NCBI GenBank assembly: GCA_963752595.1
Contig: CAVVYZ010000009.1
Location: 32,001-96,000, forward strand
Reading direction: 5' to 3'
Length of the DNA: 64,000 nt
DNA from: an uncultured delta proteobacterium
GTDB taxonomy: Bacteria > Desulfobacterota > Desulfomonilia > UBA1062
Position 1 is the stretch's first letter; every line of letters starts with the position of its first letter. Made by a program: the position numbers and the translations under genes. Below are positions 52,022 to 62,526 of this stretch, in pieces. The notes under the pieces were generated by a model. It had not been told where the DNA came from, did not search any database, and saw only the letters and a list, made by a program, of their open reading frames with translations.

Positions 52022-52119
52022 TTTCTTTGAGTGGCAAGTATAAAGGGTAATGGAAGCGGGAGTCAAGAGTATCTAAAAAACTGTTTAACCTTTGTTCCAA
52101 TAATGCTAGCTTCACCCCC

Positions 52120-54272
52120 ATGAACAAGATTCGAACAGCTGAAATTGCAGTCATGGCGGGCATTCCCATGGTGCTCACCTATTCGGTACCCGACGGGATG
52201 TCCGTCGTAAACGGCTCACGGGTCGTCGTCCCCTTACGGCAGGCCGAGAAAGTCGGGGTGATTATATCATCAAAAGAAAGGCGGAAGAAATCCCCGGTCT
52301 CAAACCTATTATAAGCATTCTTGACGAAAAGCCTCTGATCCTTCAGGAGCTCCTGGATCTGCTCCTGTGGACATCCCGCTACTACCATTCACGCCCCGGC
52401 GCGACCATATCGCTTGCGTTTCCGCCATATCTCCGCCAGGCACGGGCAGGGATTTTTCCCGACGAATTCAGGATATTCAGGACAGGTACCGGCAAAGGTG
52501 TTGTGGGGAAGAAGCAGCACGAGATACTGGAATCCGTTCCCGAACAGGGTATTTCTACCGAAAGGTTCAGGGAGATGTTTCCCGGCAACACGTCATCGCT
52601 CAATGCACTCATCAAGAGGGGATTTCTGGAGCGGAAGCCGTTCATCCCCGCTCAGTCCGCACCAATCATAAGAAATGCCGCCGCCGTTCAATATACGGCC
52701 GAGCAGAAAGCTGCCATCAGAGAGATCACGGGCACCCTTGAGGAGAAGAAGTTCAAGACCTTCCTTCTCCACGGCATCACGGGCTCCGGAAAGACCGAGG
52801 TATATCTCGCCTGCGCCATGAAGACCCTCGAAATGGGCCGCTCCGTACTTTATCTGGTCCCCGAGATCGCACTTACTCCCCAGACCATATCCATGATCCA
52901 GAAGCGAATCCCCTGCGACATGGCAGTATTCCATTCCGGGCTCCCGTCTGCTGCCAGGGCACGGGAATTCTTAAAAGCCTCCCGCTCGCAGGCAAGCTTT
53001 GTCCTCGGCACGAGGTCGGCGATATTTTCGCCCTTGAAAAACCTCGGCCTGATCATCGTCGATGAAGAGCACGACCACAGCTATAAACAGGAGGAGGGAA
53101 TCCCGTATAATGCAAGGGATTTGAGCATCCTCAGGGCAAAGAATAACCAGGCTGTGGTTATTCTGGGCTCTGCAACCCCGAGCATGGATGCATATATCAA
53201 ATCAGCACACGGAGGCGTGAATCTTATCACGATGTCTTCACGGATCGGCAACGCGAGCCTCCCGGATATCGATGTCGTTGACATGAGAGGAGTCGACAGC
53301 CCAGTGTCCGACCAGCTCTTTGACGCCATACGCGCTACACTAGCCAGGAATGAGCAGGCGCTTCTTTTCATCAACAGGCGAGGGTTCTCTTCGGCACTGG
53401 TCTGCCCCGGGTGCGGGACAACGTTGAAGTGCATCCGGTGCGACAGGAGCCTTACCTATCACCGGGCCAAAGGTATCGGCCTGTGCCATTACTGCGGATA
53501 CTCCCTGGCACTGCCCGAGATCTGTCCGAAATGCGGCTGTCTCGATATGAGGCGGATGGGCATGGGCACGGAGAAGATCATGCATACGGTAAGCGAGCTC
53601 TTCCCAGAAGCCAGGATCTTGAGGATGGATTCCGACGAGATCACCACCACGAAAAAATTGACCAATGCCCTTGACGCCATCAGAAGCAGAGATGTGGATA
53701 TCATCGTCGGAACCCAGATGATCTCGAAAGGCCATGACTTTCCCCACCTCACCCTTGTGGGGGTCATGCACGCGGAACAGCTTCTCTACATGCCCGATTT
53801 CAGAGCTGGAGAGCGCACGTTCCAGCACGTGGTGCAGGTGGCCGGCCGGGCAGGCCGACGCGCAGCCGATACCAAGGTCATCATCCAGACCCTTATCCCC
53901 GATCACCCGCTGATACAGTCGATTTCCGAGTATGACTACAAGGGCATGATCACTTCCGAACAGGAGGTCAGGAAGGCCTCCGGGTTCCCGCCTTTCAGCC
54001 ACATGGCGCGGTGCATCTTCTCTTCGACGAGCAACGAGCTTGCCATGAAGACGATCAACGAGGTGGCGGCCAGACTGAACCCCCGGGAAATCACGCTCAT
54101 GGGCCCGGCCCCTGCGCCCATTTCGCTGCTGCGGAATACTTACCGGTGGCATGTGATCCTCACATCCAAAGACCGGGGCAAGCTCCACGCAGCGCTTGAC
54201 CGCCTCGAGCGCATGCAAACCCCGTCCGGTGTTCGGGTGAAGATCGATGTAGATCCGTATACGATGCTCTAA
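52120..54272 (+). CDS. priA: Primosomal protein N' (5' part frameshifted)
   Basis: LTYSVP...RVVVP; LHGITGSGKTEVY, PEIALTPQ, DEEH, four CxxC, GTQMISKGHDFP, QVAGRAGR, DVDP. Confidence 0.95.
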
Positions 54273-54351
54273 TACTCCTTATTGATGCAGGAGTATGAGC
54301 CTCTGGACGAGCCGCGCCCGTTCTTTGAGCTTCAGGCTCATGAAGTAAACA

Positions 54352-54444
54352 TGGCGGAGAGAGAGGGATTCGAACCCTCGGTAGAGCTTATGACCCTACA
54401 TTCGCTTAGCAGGCGAACGCCTTCGTCCACTCGGCCATCTCTCC
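54352..54444 (-). tRNA. tRNA-Ser(GCT)
   Basis: GGAGAGATGGCCGAGTGG...CTGCTAA...long variable arm...GTTCGAATCC...CTCCGCCA; CCA encoded. Confidence 0.95.
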
Positions 54445-54450
54445 AGCCCT

Positions 54451-54538
54451 TGGCGGAGGGAGCAGGATTCGAACCCGCGGTACCTTACGGTACAACGGTT
54501 TTCAAGACCGCCGCCTTCAACCACTCGGCCATCCCTCC
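54451..54538 (-). tRNA. tRNA-Ser(TGA)
   Basis: GGAGGGATGGCCGAGTGG...CTTGAAA...GTTCGAATCC...CTCCGCCA; CCA encoded. Confidence 0.95.
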
Positions 54539-54553
54539 GGTGCGACTATCTCA

Positions 54554-55828
54554 TTAACTGATTGGTGTAATGAGGTCAAGCCTCATGTAAGGCTTCAAAA
54601 CCTCCGGCACCATAACGGTCCCGTCCTCTTTCTGATAGTTCTCGAGGATTGCAGCCAGGGTCCTGCCCACGGCGAGGCCGCTACCGTTTAAGGTATGGCA
54701 GAGCTCTGTCTTCTTTGCCTGTTTCGATTTGTAGCGGATCTGGCCCCTGCGTGCCTGGAAGTCTTCGAAATTGCTGCAGGAAGAGATCTCCCGGTAGACC
54801 CCCTGGGCGGGCATCCAGACCTCCAGGTCATAGGTCTTAGAGGAAGAGAATCCGAGATCGCCCGTGCACAGGCACACGACCCGGTAATGGAGCCCAAGCT
54901 TCTTGAGAATGTCCTCGGCTTCGTTCGTGAGCTCTTCCAGGTCCGTGTACGACCTGTCGGGATGCGCAAACCTCACGAGTTCCACCTTGTTGAACTGGTG
55001 AAGCCTGATGAGACCCCTTGTGTCCTTGCCGTAGGAGCCGGCCTCCCTCCTGAAGCAGGGGGTATAGGATACGAGCTTTACGGGCAGATCTTCTTCATTG
55101 AGGGTTTCGGACCGGTAGAGATTGGTTACCGGTACCTCGGCAGTGGGCACCAGGAAATAGTCGTTGTTGGTCGCGAAGAGTTCCTCTTCGAACTTCGGGA
55201 GCTGTCCCGTTGCGGTCATACTCTCCCGGTTCACCATGAAAGGAGTCAGAACCTCTTTGCAGCCGTGCTCTCTGGTGTGGACATCGAGCATCAGATTAAT
55301 GATAGCCCTTTCCATAAGAGCCCCCGTGCCCCAGTTGATAGCAAAGCGTGCCCCGGTGATCTTTGCTGCGCGTTTGAAATCGAGAATACCGAGCCCTTCT
55401 CCGATATCCCAGTGATCCTTGGGGGTAAAGGAAAACTCCGGCTTCACGCCCCACGATCGAACTATCGCATTATCACTCGAATCCCTGCCCACCGGGACGC
55501 TTTCATGGGGAATGTTGGGAATCTCCATGATGAACCGGTTCATGGCCTCTTCCACTCCCCTGATCTCGCCGTCAATGGATTTGATCCTTTCGGACATCGA
55601 GCGCATCTCGTTCTTTTCCGCTTCGAGACCCGTGCCGGAAGATTTCTCCTTGGCGATGCGGGAAGAGAACTGGTTCCGTTTTGCCTTGAGGTCGTCGGCC
55701 TCCTGGATGAGAGCCCTCCTTTTTGTGTCCTGATCGAGGAGAAAATCAAGCCCCAGACTCGAACCGCGATTCTCAAGCGCCCTTTTTACCAAGTTGATGT
55801 TTTGCCTGATGGTTTTTATGTCTAGCAT
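54554..55828 (-). CDS. serS: Serine--tRNA ligase
   Basis: [54 protein letters not shown]. Confidence 0.98.
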   Translation of the reverse strand: MLDIKTIRQNINLVKRALENRGSSLGLDFLLDQDTKRRALIQEADDLKAKRNQFSSRIAKEKSSGTGLEAEKNEMRSMSERIKSIDGEIRGVEEAMNRFIMEIPNIPHESVPVGRDSSDNAIVRSWGVKPEFSFTPKDHWDIGEGLGILDFKRAAKITGARFAINWGTGALMERAIINLMLDVHTREHGCKEVLTPFMVNRESMTATGQLPKFEEELFATNNDYFLVPTAEVPVTNLYRSETLNEEDLPVKLVSYTPCFRREAGSYGKDTRGLIRLHQFNKVELVRFAHPDRSYTDLEELTNEAEDILKKLGLHYRVVCLCTGDLGFSSSKTYDLEVWMPAQGVYREISSCSNFEDFQARRGQIRYKSKQAKKTELCHTLNGSGLAVGRTLAAILENYQKEDGTVMVPEVLKPYMRLDLITPIS

Positions 55829-56075
55829 AAAAAAGATACTATCATCTTAACTGCTGTCCGGTCAAGCTGTCACTCTGCGTGAAATTGCAGTGGCGTACGA
55901 TTTCCGGAATAAGCAAAAGACCTATCAGGTGATGAAAATCTCTCATACCCGAGCATCCAATGGTCACGCCGGCCCCACCAACGCTTATTCAAGTGCCCTA
56001 TTTCTCCATTACAAAACACTGTGCTTTGTGTTAATAGGCTTCGGTAATGCTCGCTTCCTTTTCCCGGATGAGATA

Positions 56076-59000
56076 ATGAAGGCCTCGAAAAAAATAGCCA
56101 TAGCAATTGTGCTGAGCGTGCTTATCGTTCTCGGCAGCCTTTCCGTGTACCTTGCGGTCAGAAACATACTCCCCACGATGCTCTCTGCAAATCTGGAAGA
56201 GATCCTTGCGGAAGCCTTGCGCCAACCTGTATCGATCGGCAAAAGCGCTGTGCGGATCTTCCCAGGCGCTGCGATCAACCTTTCGAATATCTCAATCGGC
56301 CGGCCTTCAAAACCGCTCATCACGGCAGAAAAGATCACGGTCCGGCTGTCTCTCTGGGAGGCCCTGTTCGGCCGCATTCATCTTTCACAGGTTGAATTTG
56401 AGAAGCCCATCATCTCAATGGATTATGAAGCGTTCAAAAAGCTTGATCTGAAAGCGGGAGAAGGCGGTTCGCCGTCTATCAAGATACATGACGGGAAACT
56501 GAAGCTCTCCGGCCGGGACTCACGGACCGTCATCGACAATATAAACGGAACCATAGAACCGGACAATGTGGATCTCGATGCCCTGGTTCTCGGGGGCAAG
56601 GCCAGACTGAAGGCCCATGACACCAGTGGTTGGGAGGGCAAGCTCACGTCCGATGCCATGGATCTCTCCCATATCTCAAAAGATATGAGTGGAACCCTTG
56701 GAGTAAATGCGGATTTCAACTTCTCGGACAAGAAGGCCTCATCGAAAGTGAAAGCAACCGGAGAACGGCTGCGCTTCCCCTGGTCTGAAAAAGAAATCCC
56801 TACATTCAGCATCGATCTTGAGGCCCTGGGCGATGAGAATACCCTGACACTCGGCAAGATCGCGATAACAACTCCTCTGGTCCAGGTGAACGGCTCCGGA
56901 CGGATCAAGGACCTTTCCAAGGGCACCGGGGCAACAGTGAATCTTGATATGAATTCAGGCACATTCGTATATGAGCAGATAGTAGACATGCTTCCTGCAC
57001 ATGATTTCGAACCGTGGCTTTCCGACCTTCTCCTTTCCCAGATTCGAGGAGGATTATCCAGCTTCTCCGTCGCACGCTATGAAGGTTCCGCCAATGACCT
57101 CATCACCTTCAATAATTTCATCGACCACATCTACGTCGTGGAAGAGATCATGGGTCAGAGCTTCGGGGCCGGTTTCGGGCCGGAGAGGGTAACCGGTATC
57201 ACAGGCCAGGTGATATACGACCACGGGGACATCTTCATCAGGAACCTGCACGGCAGGATGCATAATTCCACAATCGAGAAAGTCAATCTTTCCTTTCCCG
57301 GGATCATCCGTCCGTATTGGAGGATCGGAGCAGATGTCAAAGTTGACATGGCTGCCCACGACTTCCTCGATACCTGGAATGCCGCAGGTGCCCCCCAGTA
57401 TGTGTTTGACCTGTTCTCCGGCATCTCCGATGTGAAAGGGGGAAGGATTGCAGGAGATACGCGTTTCTGGTGGGACGAGGCCTCGGGCAAACCTCTGCAG
57501 GCTCAAGGAGGGGTAGGCATGAAGGACTGCACCTACACGTGGGGATCGCAGAGCATCGAGAAGTTAAGCGGGTCGGCCGTTGCAGAAAAATTCGGCTCGC
57601 CACTGAGAATATCCTCACAGCTGACGGTCGGCGACCGACATATACGATCCTTGGATCTCCTACTCACCGATCCGTTCGGAGACAATATGCGCTCTTCCTT
57701 TGAAGCATCAATGGATGGGCTGGTATCAACCGAGAGCTTCCGCCTGGGAAAAGGGACGACAGTTCTGGTCAAGGGAACAGGATCGGGTCCGGATATCTCT
57801 GCATCGGCAGAAATGAGCTCGGATAATTTCACCCTGTTCGATACCGCGTATAAAGTCAAAGGCAAGCCTGTCCGGGCAAGGACGAATATGAAAGGCAAGC
57901 TCTGGCCAAGATTGTCCCTGGCCCTTCAGGGAGAAGCCTATCCACCTTCTACAGGGAAGCTTTCCATCTCGGGAAATATCGACGGGCGGGCGGGAAAAAT
58001 CCGGATAAAAGGGCCCATTGACCTGGGCCGGTTCGAGACCATGCAGACGACAGGAGGAGGCAAAGAGCTTTCAGGGAATCTGCGGGGCGACATGAGCATA
58101 AGCTGGGGCAAAGACGTTTACGTCAGCGGCCTCCTTAAGTGCAAGCAAGCTGCCCTTCCCATAAAAGGCGCTTTCCTTGTCCTGGACGGCCCCATCAATA
58201 TTGCCGGCACAACGCTTTCGGGCAAGAACCTCAAGGTGACTCACGAGGATCTGAAGATGAATCTCTCGGACTGGTCTCTTGCCGTAACGGATAAACCGGC
58301 ATTCAAGGGGGATGTCACTATGAGCGGCCTGACGCTTCCACTCCCGGGCAAGGCAAGCAGCACCCCCCGGGATATAAAATCTTATACGGCCCAGGGACAC
58401 CTCAAAATTTCGGATCTTGATTTCTACGGCATCCCGGTGGAAGAAGCAAATGCCGAAGTGTTTTTGAAGGACGGGGTGCTCAATCTCACGGAGATGCGCA
58501 TGCGGGGGGCATCCGTTTCCGCCCAGGGTGCGGCGTCAGCCGATGCATCAGGGCTCCGCTCTTTCGACACCACGTTTACGATCAAGAATGTCAGCATACT
58601 CAGGTTCACCAATACGTTTTCAGCCGAACAGGACTGGATCCGGGGGGATATGAACCTTGACGGACATCTCTCGGGAAGGCCGGATTCCGTCAACGGCACC
58701 ATCAACCTTGTCGCGAAAGAGGGAAGGCTGAAGAAATATGCTTTGTTTTCAAGAATATTTGCCCTGCTCAATTTTTACAAGATCGTCCAGAGCCGCGATC
58801 TGGAACTTACCAGCAAGAACTTCCCCTATAATGTAATCACCTCTACCTTTACCATCAGGGACAGCCTTATGCATTTCGATGATTTCCACCTCGACAGCAA
58901 CTCGCTTCAGTTCTCCGCCGTAGGAAACTATTCCCTCAAGAGCAGGGAGATCGATGCGGTCCTCGGTGTCCAGCCCTTCGAAACCATCGACAAGGCAATC

Positions 59001-59219
59001 CATGCGATTCCATTGGTCGGATGGGTCCTTACCGGGGATAGAGGCAGGCTCCTTGTAGTCAGTATGAAGATTACAGGGAATATTGATGACCCGTCAGTAA
59101 AGTTCGCGCCGATAACGACTGTATCAGACCCGGTAATGAAATCCCTTATAAGAGCTCTGAGGTTACCGTCCGAGCTCCTGGAAAAATCACGCAGGCTTCT
59201 GCCGAGTAAAAAGAAATGA
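56076..59219 (+). CDS. AsmA/YhdP-like (bridge-like lipid transfer) protein
   Basis: N-terminal TM anchor, about 1047 aa beta-rich, C-terminal AsmA-like region (QPFETIDKAIHAIPLVGWVL...ITGNIDDPSV). Confidence 0.8.
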   Translation: MKASKKIAIAIVLSVLIVLGSLSVYLAVRNILPTMLSANLEEILAEALRQPVSIGKSAVRIFPGAAINLSNISIGRPSKPLITAEKITVRLSLWEALFGRIHLSQVEFEKPIISMDYEAFKKLDLKAGEGGSPSIKIHDGKLKLSGRDSRTVIDNINGTIEPDNVDLDALVLGGKARLKAHDTSGWEGKLTSDAMDLSHISKDMSGTLGVNADFNFSDKKASSKVKATGERLRFPWSEKEIPTFSIDLEALGDENTLTLGKIAITTPLVQVNGSGRIKDLSKGTGATVNLDMNSGTFVYEQIVDMLPAHDFEPWLSDLLLSQIRGGLSSFSVARYEGSANDLITFNNFIDHIYVVEEIMGQSFGAGFGPERVTGITGQVIYDHGDIFIRNLHGRMHNSTIEKVNLSFPGIIRPYWRIGADVKVDMAAHDFLDTWNAAGAPQYVFDLFSGISDVKGGRIAGDTRFWWDEASGKPLQAQGGVGMKDCTYTWGSQSIEKLSGSAVAEKFGSPLRISSQLTVGDRHIRSLDLLLTDPFGDNMRSSFEASMDGLVSTESFRLGKGTTVLVKGTGSGPDISASAEMSSDNFTLFDTAYKVKGKPVRARTNMKGKLWPRLSLALQGEAYPPSTGKLSISGNIDGRAGKIRIKGPIDLGRFETMQTTGGGKELSGNLRGDMSISWGKDVYVSGLLKCKQAALPIKGAFLVLDGPINIAGTTLSGKNLKVTHEDLKMNLSDWSLAVTDKPAFKGDVTMSGLTLPLPGKASSTPRDIKSYTAQGHLKISDLDFYGIPVEEANAEVFLKDGVLNLTEMRMRGASVSAQGAASADASGLRSFDTTFTIKNVSILRFTNTFSAEQDWIRGDMNLDGHLSGRPDSVNGTINLVAKEGRLKKYALFSRIFALLNFYKIVQSRDLELTSKNFPYNVITSTFTIRDSLMHFDDFHLDSNSLQFSAVGNYSLKSREIDAVLGVQPFETIDKAIHAIPLVGWVLTGDRGRLLVVSMKITGNIDDPSVKFAPITTVSDPVMKSLIRALRLPSELLEKSRRLLPSKKK

Positions 59220-60857
59220 TTATGCCTTAGAAGGAATACGGAGAAAGAACGCTTCCATCTTTTCAATCAAAGGGGACAAGGTGGAGCGGTCAAGAGCGGA
59301 AATTGCCACGCCCCCGTAGCGGTGCGCAACGGCCTCTGCAAAATCGGGATCGCACTTGTCCGCCTTGTTGAACACATTCAGCCTCGGCTTGCTTTCGACG
59401 TTCAGGGCTTTCAGGATATCATCTACCGCCTTCATCCTGTACTCCATATCGGGATCGGCGAGGTCGATCACCTCCAGGAGGAGGTTTGCATCCTCAAGTT
59501 CTTCGAGGGTCGCCATGAAGGCAGCCCGTAAATCATCGGGCAGGTCCCTGATGAATCCGACTGTATCCGTTATGATCACCTCGATGTCCTTAGGAAACCT
59601 GAGGCGCTTGCTTGAAGGGTCGAGGGTGGCAAAAGGCATATCTGCAGTCAGCACCTTGCTTTTCGTCAGAGTATTCAGCAACGTCGACTTGCCGGTATTG
59701 GTGTACCCGATAATGGAGATCACCGGCACCTCTGACCTGCTTCTCCGCAACCGGGTAAGCTTCCGTTTCCTGCCGATCGCGTCCGCCTCCTTCTCGAGCC
59801 GGGTCATCCGGGTCTTTGCCTTTCTCCTGTCGATCTCCAGCTTGCTCTCTCCCGGTCCCCTGGTACCGATACCTCCTGCGAGACGGCTGAGCGATGGATT
59901 CCGGCCTACGAGCCGCGGCATATAATAGCGAAGCTGTGCCAGCTCTACCTGGATCTTCCCTTCCCTGGTCCTTGCCCGCTGTGCAAAGATATCCAGGATG
60001 AGCTGAGTCCGGTCGATGACCCGCATATCGACGACATCCGAAATGGAACGGGCCTGAGAAGGTGAGAGTTCATGATCGAAGATGAGCAGGTTCGCATCAA
60101 CGGCCAGTGCCTTGACATAGATATCCATTACCTTGCCCTTGCCCACAACGTACTTGGGATCGGGCTTCGGGCGCCTTTGGATCACTGTGTCCAGGACGGT
60201 GATTCCGGCTGCACTTGCCAGAGACCGGAATTCTGATATGGCGATCTTCGCATCCTCCGATAAAGACGGCACGACCGCCACGAGAATGGCGCGGTCTGCA
60301 TTCGCACCGGCGCTTAGGGCTGTCTGGCTCCCGGTTATGTCTCCTTCGAGATCTGCTATGAATTTATCAAAAGGAATATCGATGCGATAGGTCGGGGTCG
60401 GCTTTAAAGTTGTCCAGACGGCTCTGTCACCATTTGCAGGCACGAGATGAGCGCCGTAGGCAAGCCCCGGATCTCCATTTTCTTTGACCCCAATGGCATA
60501 GATCATGTCGAGCCGCAGCTTGGCAAGATCGGTAAAGTCTTCGAATGTCAGCCCTTCTCCCGAGAGGTGCGTATGGATCAGCCTCAGTCCCTGCAGACGC
60601 CCGGGATGCGTCCGCCTCCTCTGGAGTTCCGGGATCGAGATGCCCCCGGCTGTCCCTGCGATAACGTATTCTACGGATCCCCGGCGGCTTATGAGCAGCC
60701 CTACCTGGATACCGATCTCGCGGGATAGTCTGGCTAATTCCAGGCTTAAGTCTTGCGAAATGACGGCATCAGTCGGGACCTTTCTCCGGTACAGACGTTC
60801 CAGGGATTTGAGCTCCGATGATTTAAGGGACTTTGCATTGCCGTAGATACTTTGTAT
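59220..60857 (-). CDS. hflX: GTPase HflX, long form; probable ATA start
   Basis: DRTQLILDIFAQRA, GTRGPGE, GYTNTGKSTL, FATLDP, DTVGFI, NKAD; frame open 117 codons upstream of the ORF-track ATG, encoding IYGN...LERLYRRKVP...LRLIHTH. Confidence 0.93.
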   Translation of the reverse strand: MQSIYGNAKSLKSSELKSLERLYRRKVPTDAVISQDLSLELARLSREIGIQVGLLISRRGSVEYVIAGTAGGISIPELQRRRTHPGRLQGLRLIHTHLSGEGLTFEDFTDLAKLRLDMIYAIGVKENGDPGLAYGAHLVPANGDRAVWTTLKPTPTYRIDIPFDKFIADLEGDITGSQTALSAGANADRAILVAVVPSLSEDAKIAISEFRSLASAAGITVLDTVIQRRPKPDPKYVVGKGKVMDIYVKALAVDANLLIFDHELSPSQARSISDVVDMRVIDRTQLILDIFAQRARTREGKIQVELAQLRYYMPRLVGRNPSLSRLAGGIGTRGPGESKLEIDRRKAKTRMTRLEKEADAIGRKRKLTRLRRSRSEVPVISIIGYTNTGKSTLLNTLTKSKVLTADMPFATLDPSSKRLRFPKDIEVIITDTVGFIRDLPDDLRAAFMATLEELEDANLLLEVIDLADPDMEYRMKAVDDILKALNVESKPRLNVFNKADKCDPDFAEAVAHRYGGVAISALDRSTLSPLIEKMEAFFLRIPSKA

Positions 60858-60876
60858 GAGACCCTCCTTGGGCGCC

Positions 60877-61377
60877 TCATGCCTTTTCGATAAGGGAAGA
60901 GTGCATGACCACCTTGGCCCTGTTGTTCACCATCTCGATGAGGATTCGAACCCTGCCTTCATCGGAGCCCCAGGCCTCGAAAACACCGTAGAGATCCTTC
61001 ATGGGACCGGACTTGACCCTCACTACGTCTCCGGGTTCGAAGGTTACCGGCTTCTTGATGGTGCCTGACGTTTTGTCTTCCAGGGTGCACAGGCCTGCTA
61101 TGAAGTCATCGTCAATGGGTATGGGCTGGTAATTATCCAGGAGTATCCTTCTTACACCTCTGCACCATCGGATCTTGTGCAGCTCCTCCTCAACAGCTGA
61201 GATGTTGGCGAACAGGTAATTGGGGAACAGCGGATATTTTTTCAGGATCTTCTTCCTGGCATGGAAAATGTACTTTTCCATAAAGGGCTGATAAATCAAT
61301 ATCCCCTGCTGCCGGAGGACGAGGCAGGCTACATCTTCCTCTTTCGGGTTTGTCTGGATTACATACCACTGCTTCAT
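60877..61377 (-). CDS. NusG-paralog transcription antiterminator (RfaH/UpxY-like)
   Basis: WYVIQTNPKEE, PLFPNYLF (NGN); FEPGDVVRVKSGPMKDLYG (KOW). Confidence 0.88.
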   Translation of the reverse strand: MKQWYVIQTNPKEEDVACLVLRQQGILIYQPFMEKYIFHARKKILKKYPLFPNYLFANISAVEEELHKIRWCRGVRRILLDNYQPIPIDDDFIAGLCTLEDKTSGTIKKPVTFEPGDVVRVKSGPMKDLYGVFEAWGSDEGRVRILIEMVNNRAKVVMHSSLIEKA

Positions 61378-61397
61378 ACAAGACGCTCCATGATTAG

Positions 61398-61426
61398 TGT
61401 ATAGTCGAAAGAACTTACTGAGTCAA
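61398..61426 (-). promoter_or_regulatory. Putative sigma70 promoter for the RfaH-like/hflX transcript
   Basis: Minus strand TTGACT-N17-TATACA. Confidence 0.45.
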
Positions 61427-61452
61427 TCCGTGCAAAGGCTACTTTCGTTTAC

Positions 61453-62526
61453 TCATTGGCTTCTTCCCGATGTATCCATCAAGGCGGATATTCTCACGAC
61501 CTCCACCCCGAGGCTCTTGAGCCTGGGGATTTCCTTCTTGAGAACAGCAATGGTCTCAGGGTGGGGATGGCATATGGCTACTACATTCGAGTGCTTTAAC
61601 GCTAACTTGGCTAACTGATCGATCTGAGAGCTGATATAGGCAGGACGCAGCTCGTTATCAAGGAAGACATCCCTGGCTATAATCGGGACGCCGAGATCAT
61701 GCGCAACAGTGCCGCAAACGGACTTGTTTGTCGTCAGGCTGTCCACGAAAAAGAGCTTCCGCTCCTTCACTTCACTCAGGATGAGGCGCATGATGGCTTC
61801 ATCCGTGGTTATGAGCGAGCCCATATGGTTGTTCACCCCTGATATGGAGGGGATGGTTTCCAGGTCCCGCTTCACGATCGCTCGGATCCGGGACGGCGGC
61901 ATATCCTGATAGATAGCCCCGGGGCCGGGATCCTTTCCATTGCCCTGCATGGGCAGATGGAGCAGGATCTCCCTGCCTTTGGCGTGAAGGTACCGGGCAA
62001 CGGATTGTGAATCGGGATTGTCGGGAAGAATGGCAAAGGTGATATCCGCTTTTATGCTGCCAAGCTCTTCGGCAGGCTTCATGTCCAGACCCATGTCATC
62101 GACGATGATCGCACACCTGGCCACTTTACCCGGTACCACTGCCTTAAAAAAGATATCCCAGATCTCCTTATTGATCACCACCCGGAGATGACTTGCATTC
62201 TCGATATGAACCTCGCCCACTTTTCTCATGGGCTTGAAAGCCTTGAAAATCTGATCTTTCGTCAGTGACCTCCGCAGGGAAATATTGACCGTCTTCCCCG
62301 CGAAATGCACATATTCTTTGGAGATCCCGAGATCAAAGAGGCACCCTCTGATCAGGAGCTCGGGAAATGCATACAGAACGACCTGAGGATGCACATCGGG
62401 CTTTGTCGGGGGTGTTTCCGGCCGCTCCTTTTCCTTCTCCTGGATTACGACTGCTATCCCCACCAGAACAGCCAGAACGATAATTATGACCAGTACGATG
62501 TTCTGCCTTGGATCTGTTTTTCTCAT
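61453..62526 (-). CDS. Divergent polysaccharide deacetylase (YibQ-like)
   Basis: AIIVDDMG, LLHLPMQ, GVNNHMGS, FFVDSLT, RDVFLDN, AICHP; ATGA overlap with the S41 protease stop. Confidence 0.92.
   Translation of the reverse strand: MRKTDPRQNIVLVIIIVLAVLVGIAVVIQEKEKERPETPPTKPDVHPQVVLYAFPELLIRGCLFDLGISKEYVHFAGKTVNISLRRSLTKDQIFKAFKPMRKVGEVHIENASHLRVVINKEIWDIFFKAVVPGKVARCAIIVDDMGLDMKPAEELGSIKADITFAILPDNPDSQSVARYLHAKGREILLHLPMQGNGKDPGPGAIYQDMPPSRIRAIVKRDLETIPSISGVNNHMGSLITTDEAIMRLILSEVKERKLFFVDSLTTNKSVCGTVAHDLGVPIIARDVFLDNELRPAYISSQIDQLAKLALKHSNVVAICHPHPETIAVLKKEIPRLKSLGVEVVRISALMDTSGRSQ

Noticed and set aside
46300-52500. Dense frameshifts in prsK, prsR, the pom-like genes and the priA 5' end, read as mass pseudogenisation or programmed frameshifting
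   Set aside because: The indels also hit the housekeeping gene priA, cluster in one interval and show no slippery-site or stimulator pattern; low-coverage long-read error is more likely.
61430-61450. Possible ops element upstream of the RfaH-like gene
   Set aside because: Only GTAGC matches, and it lies upstream of the predicted promoter.
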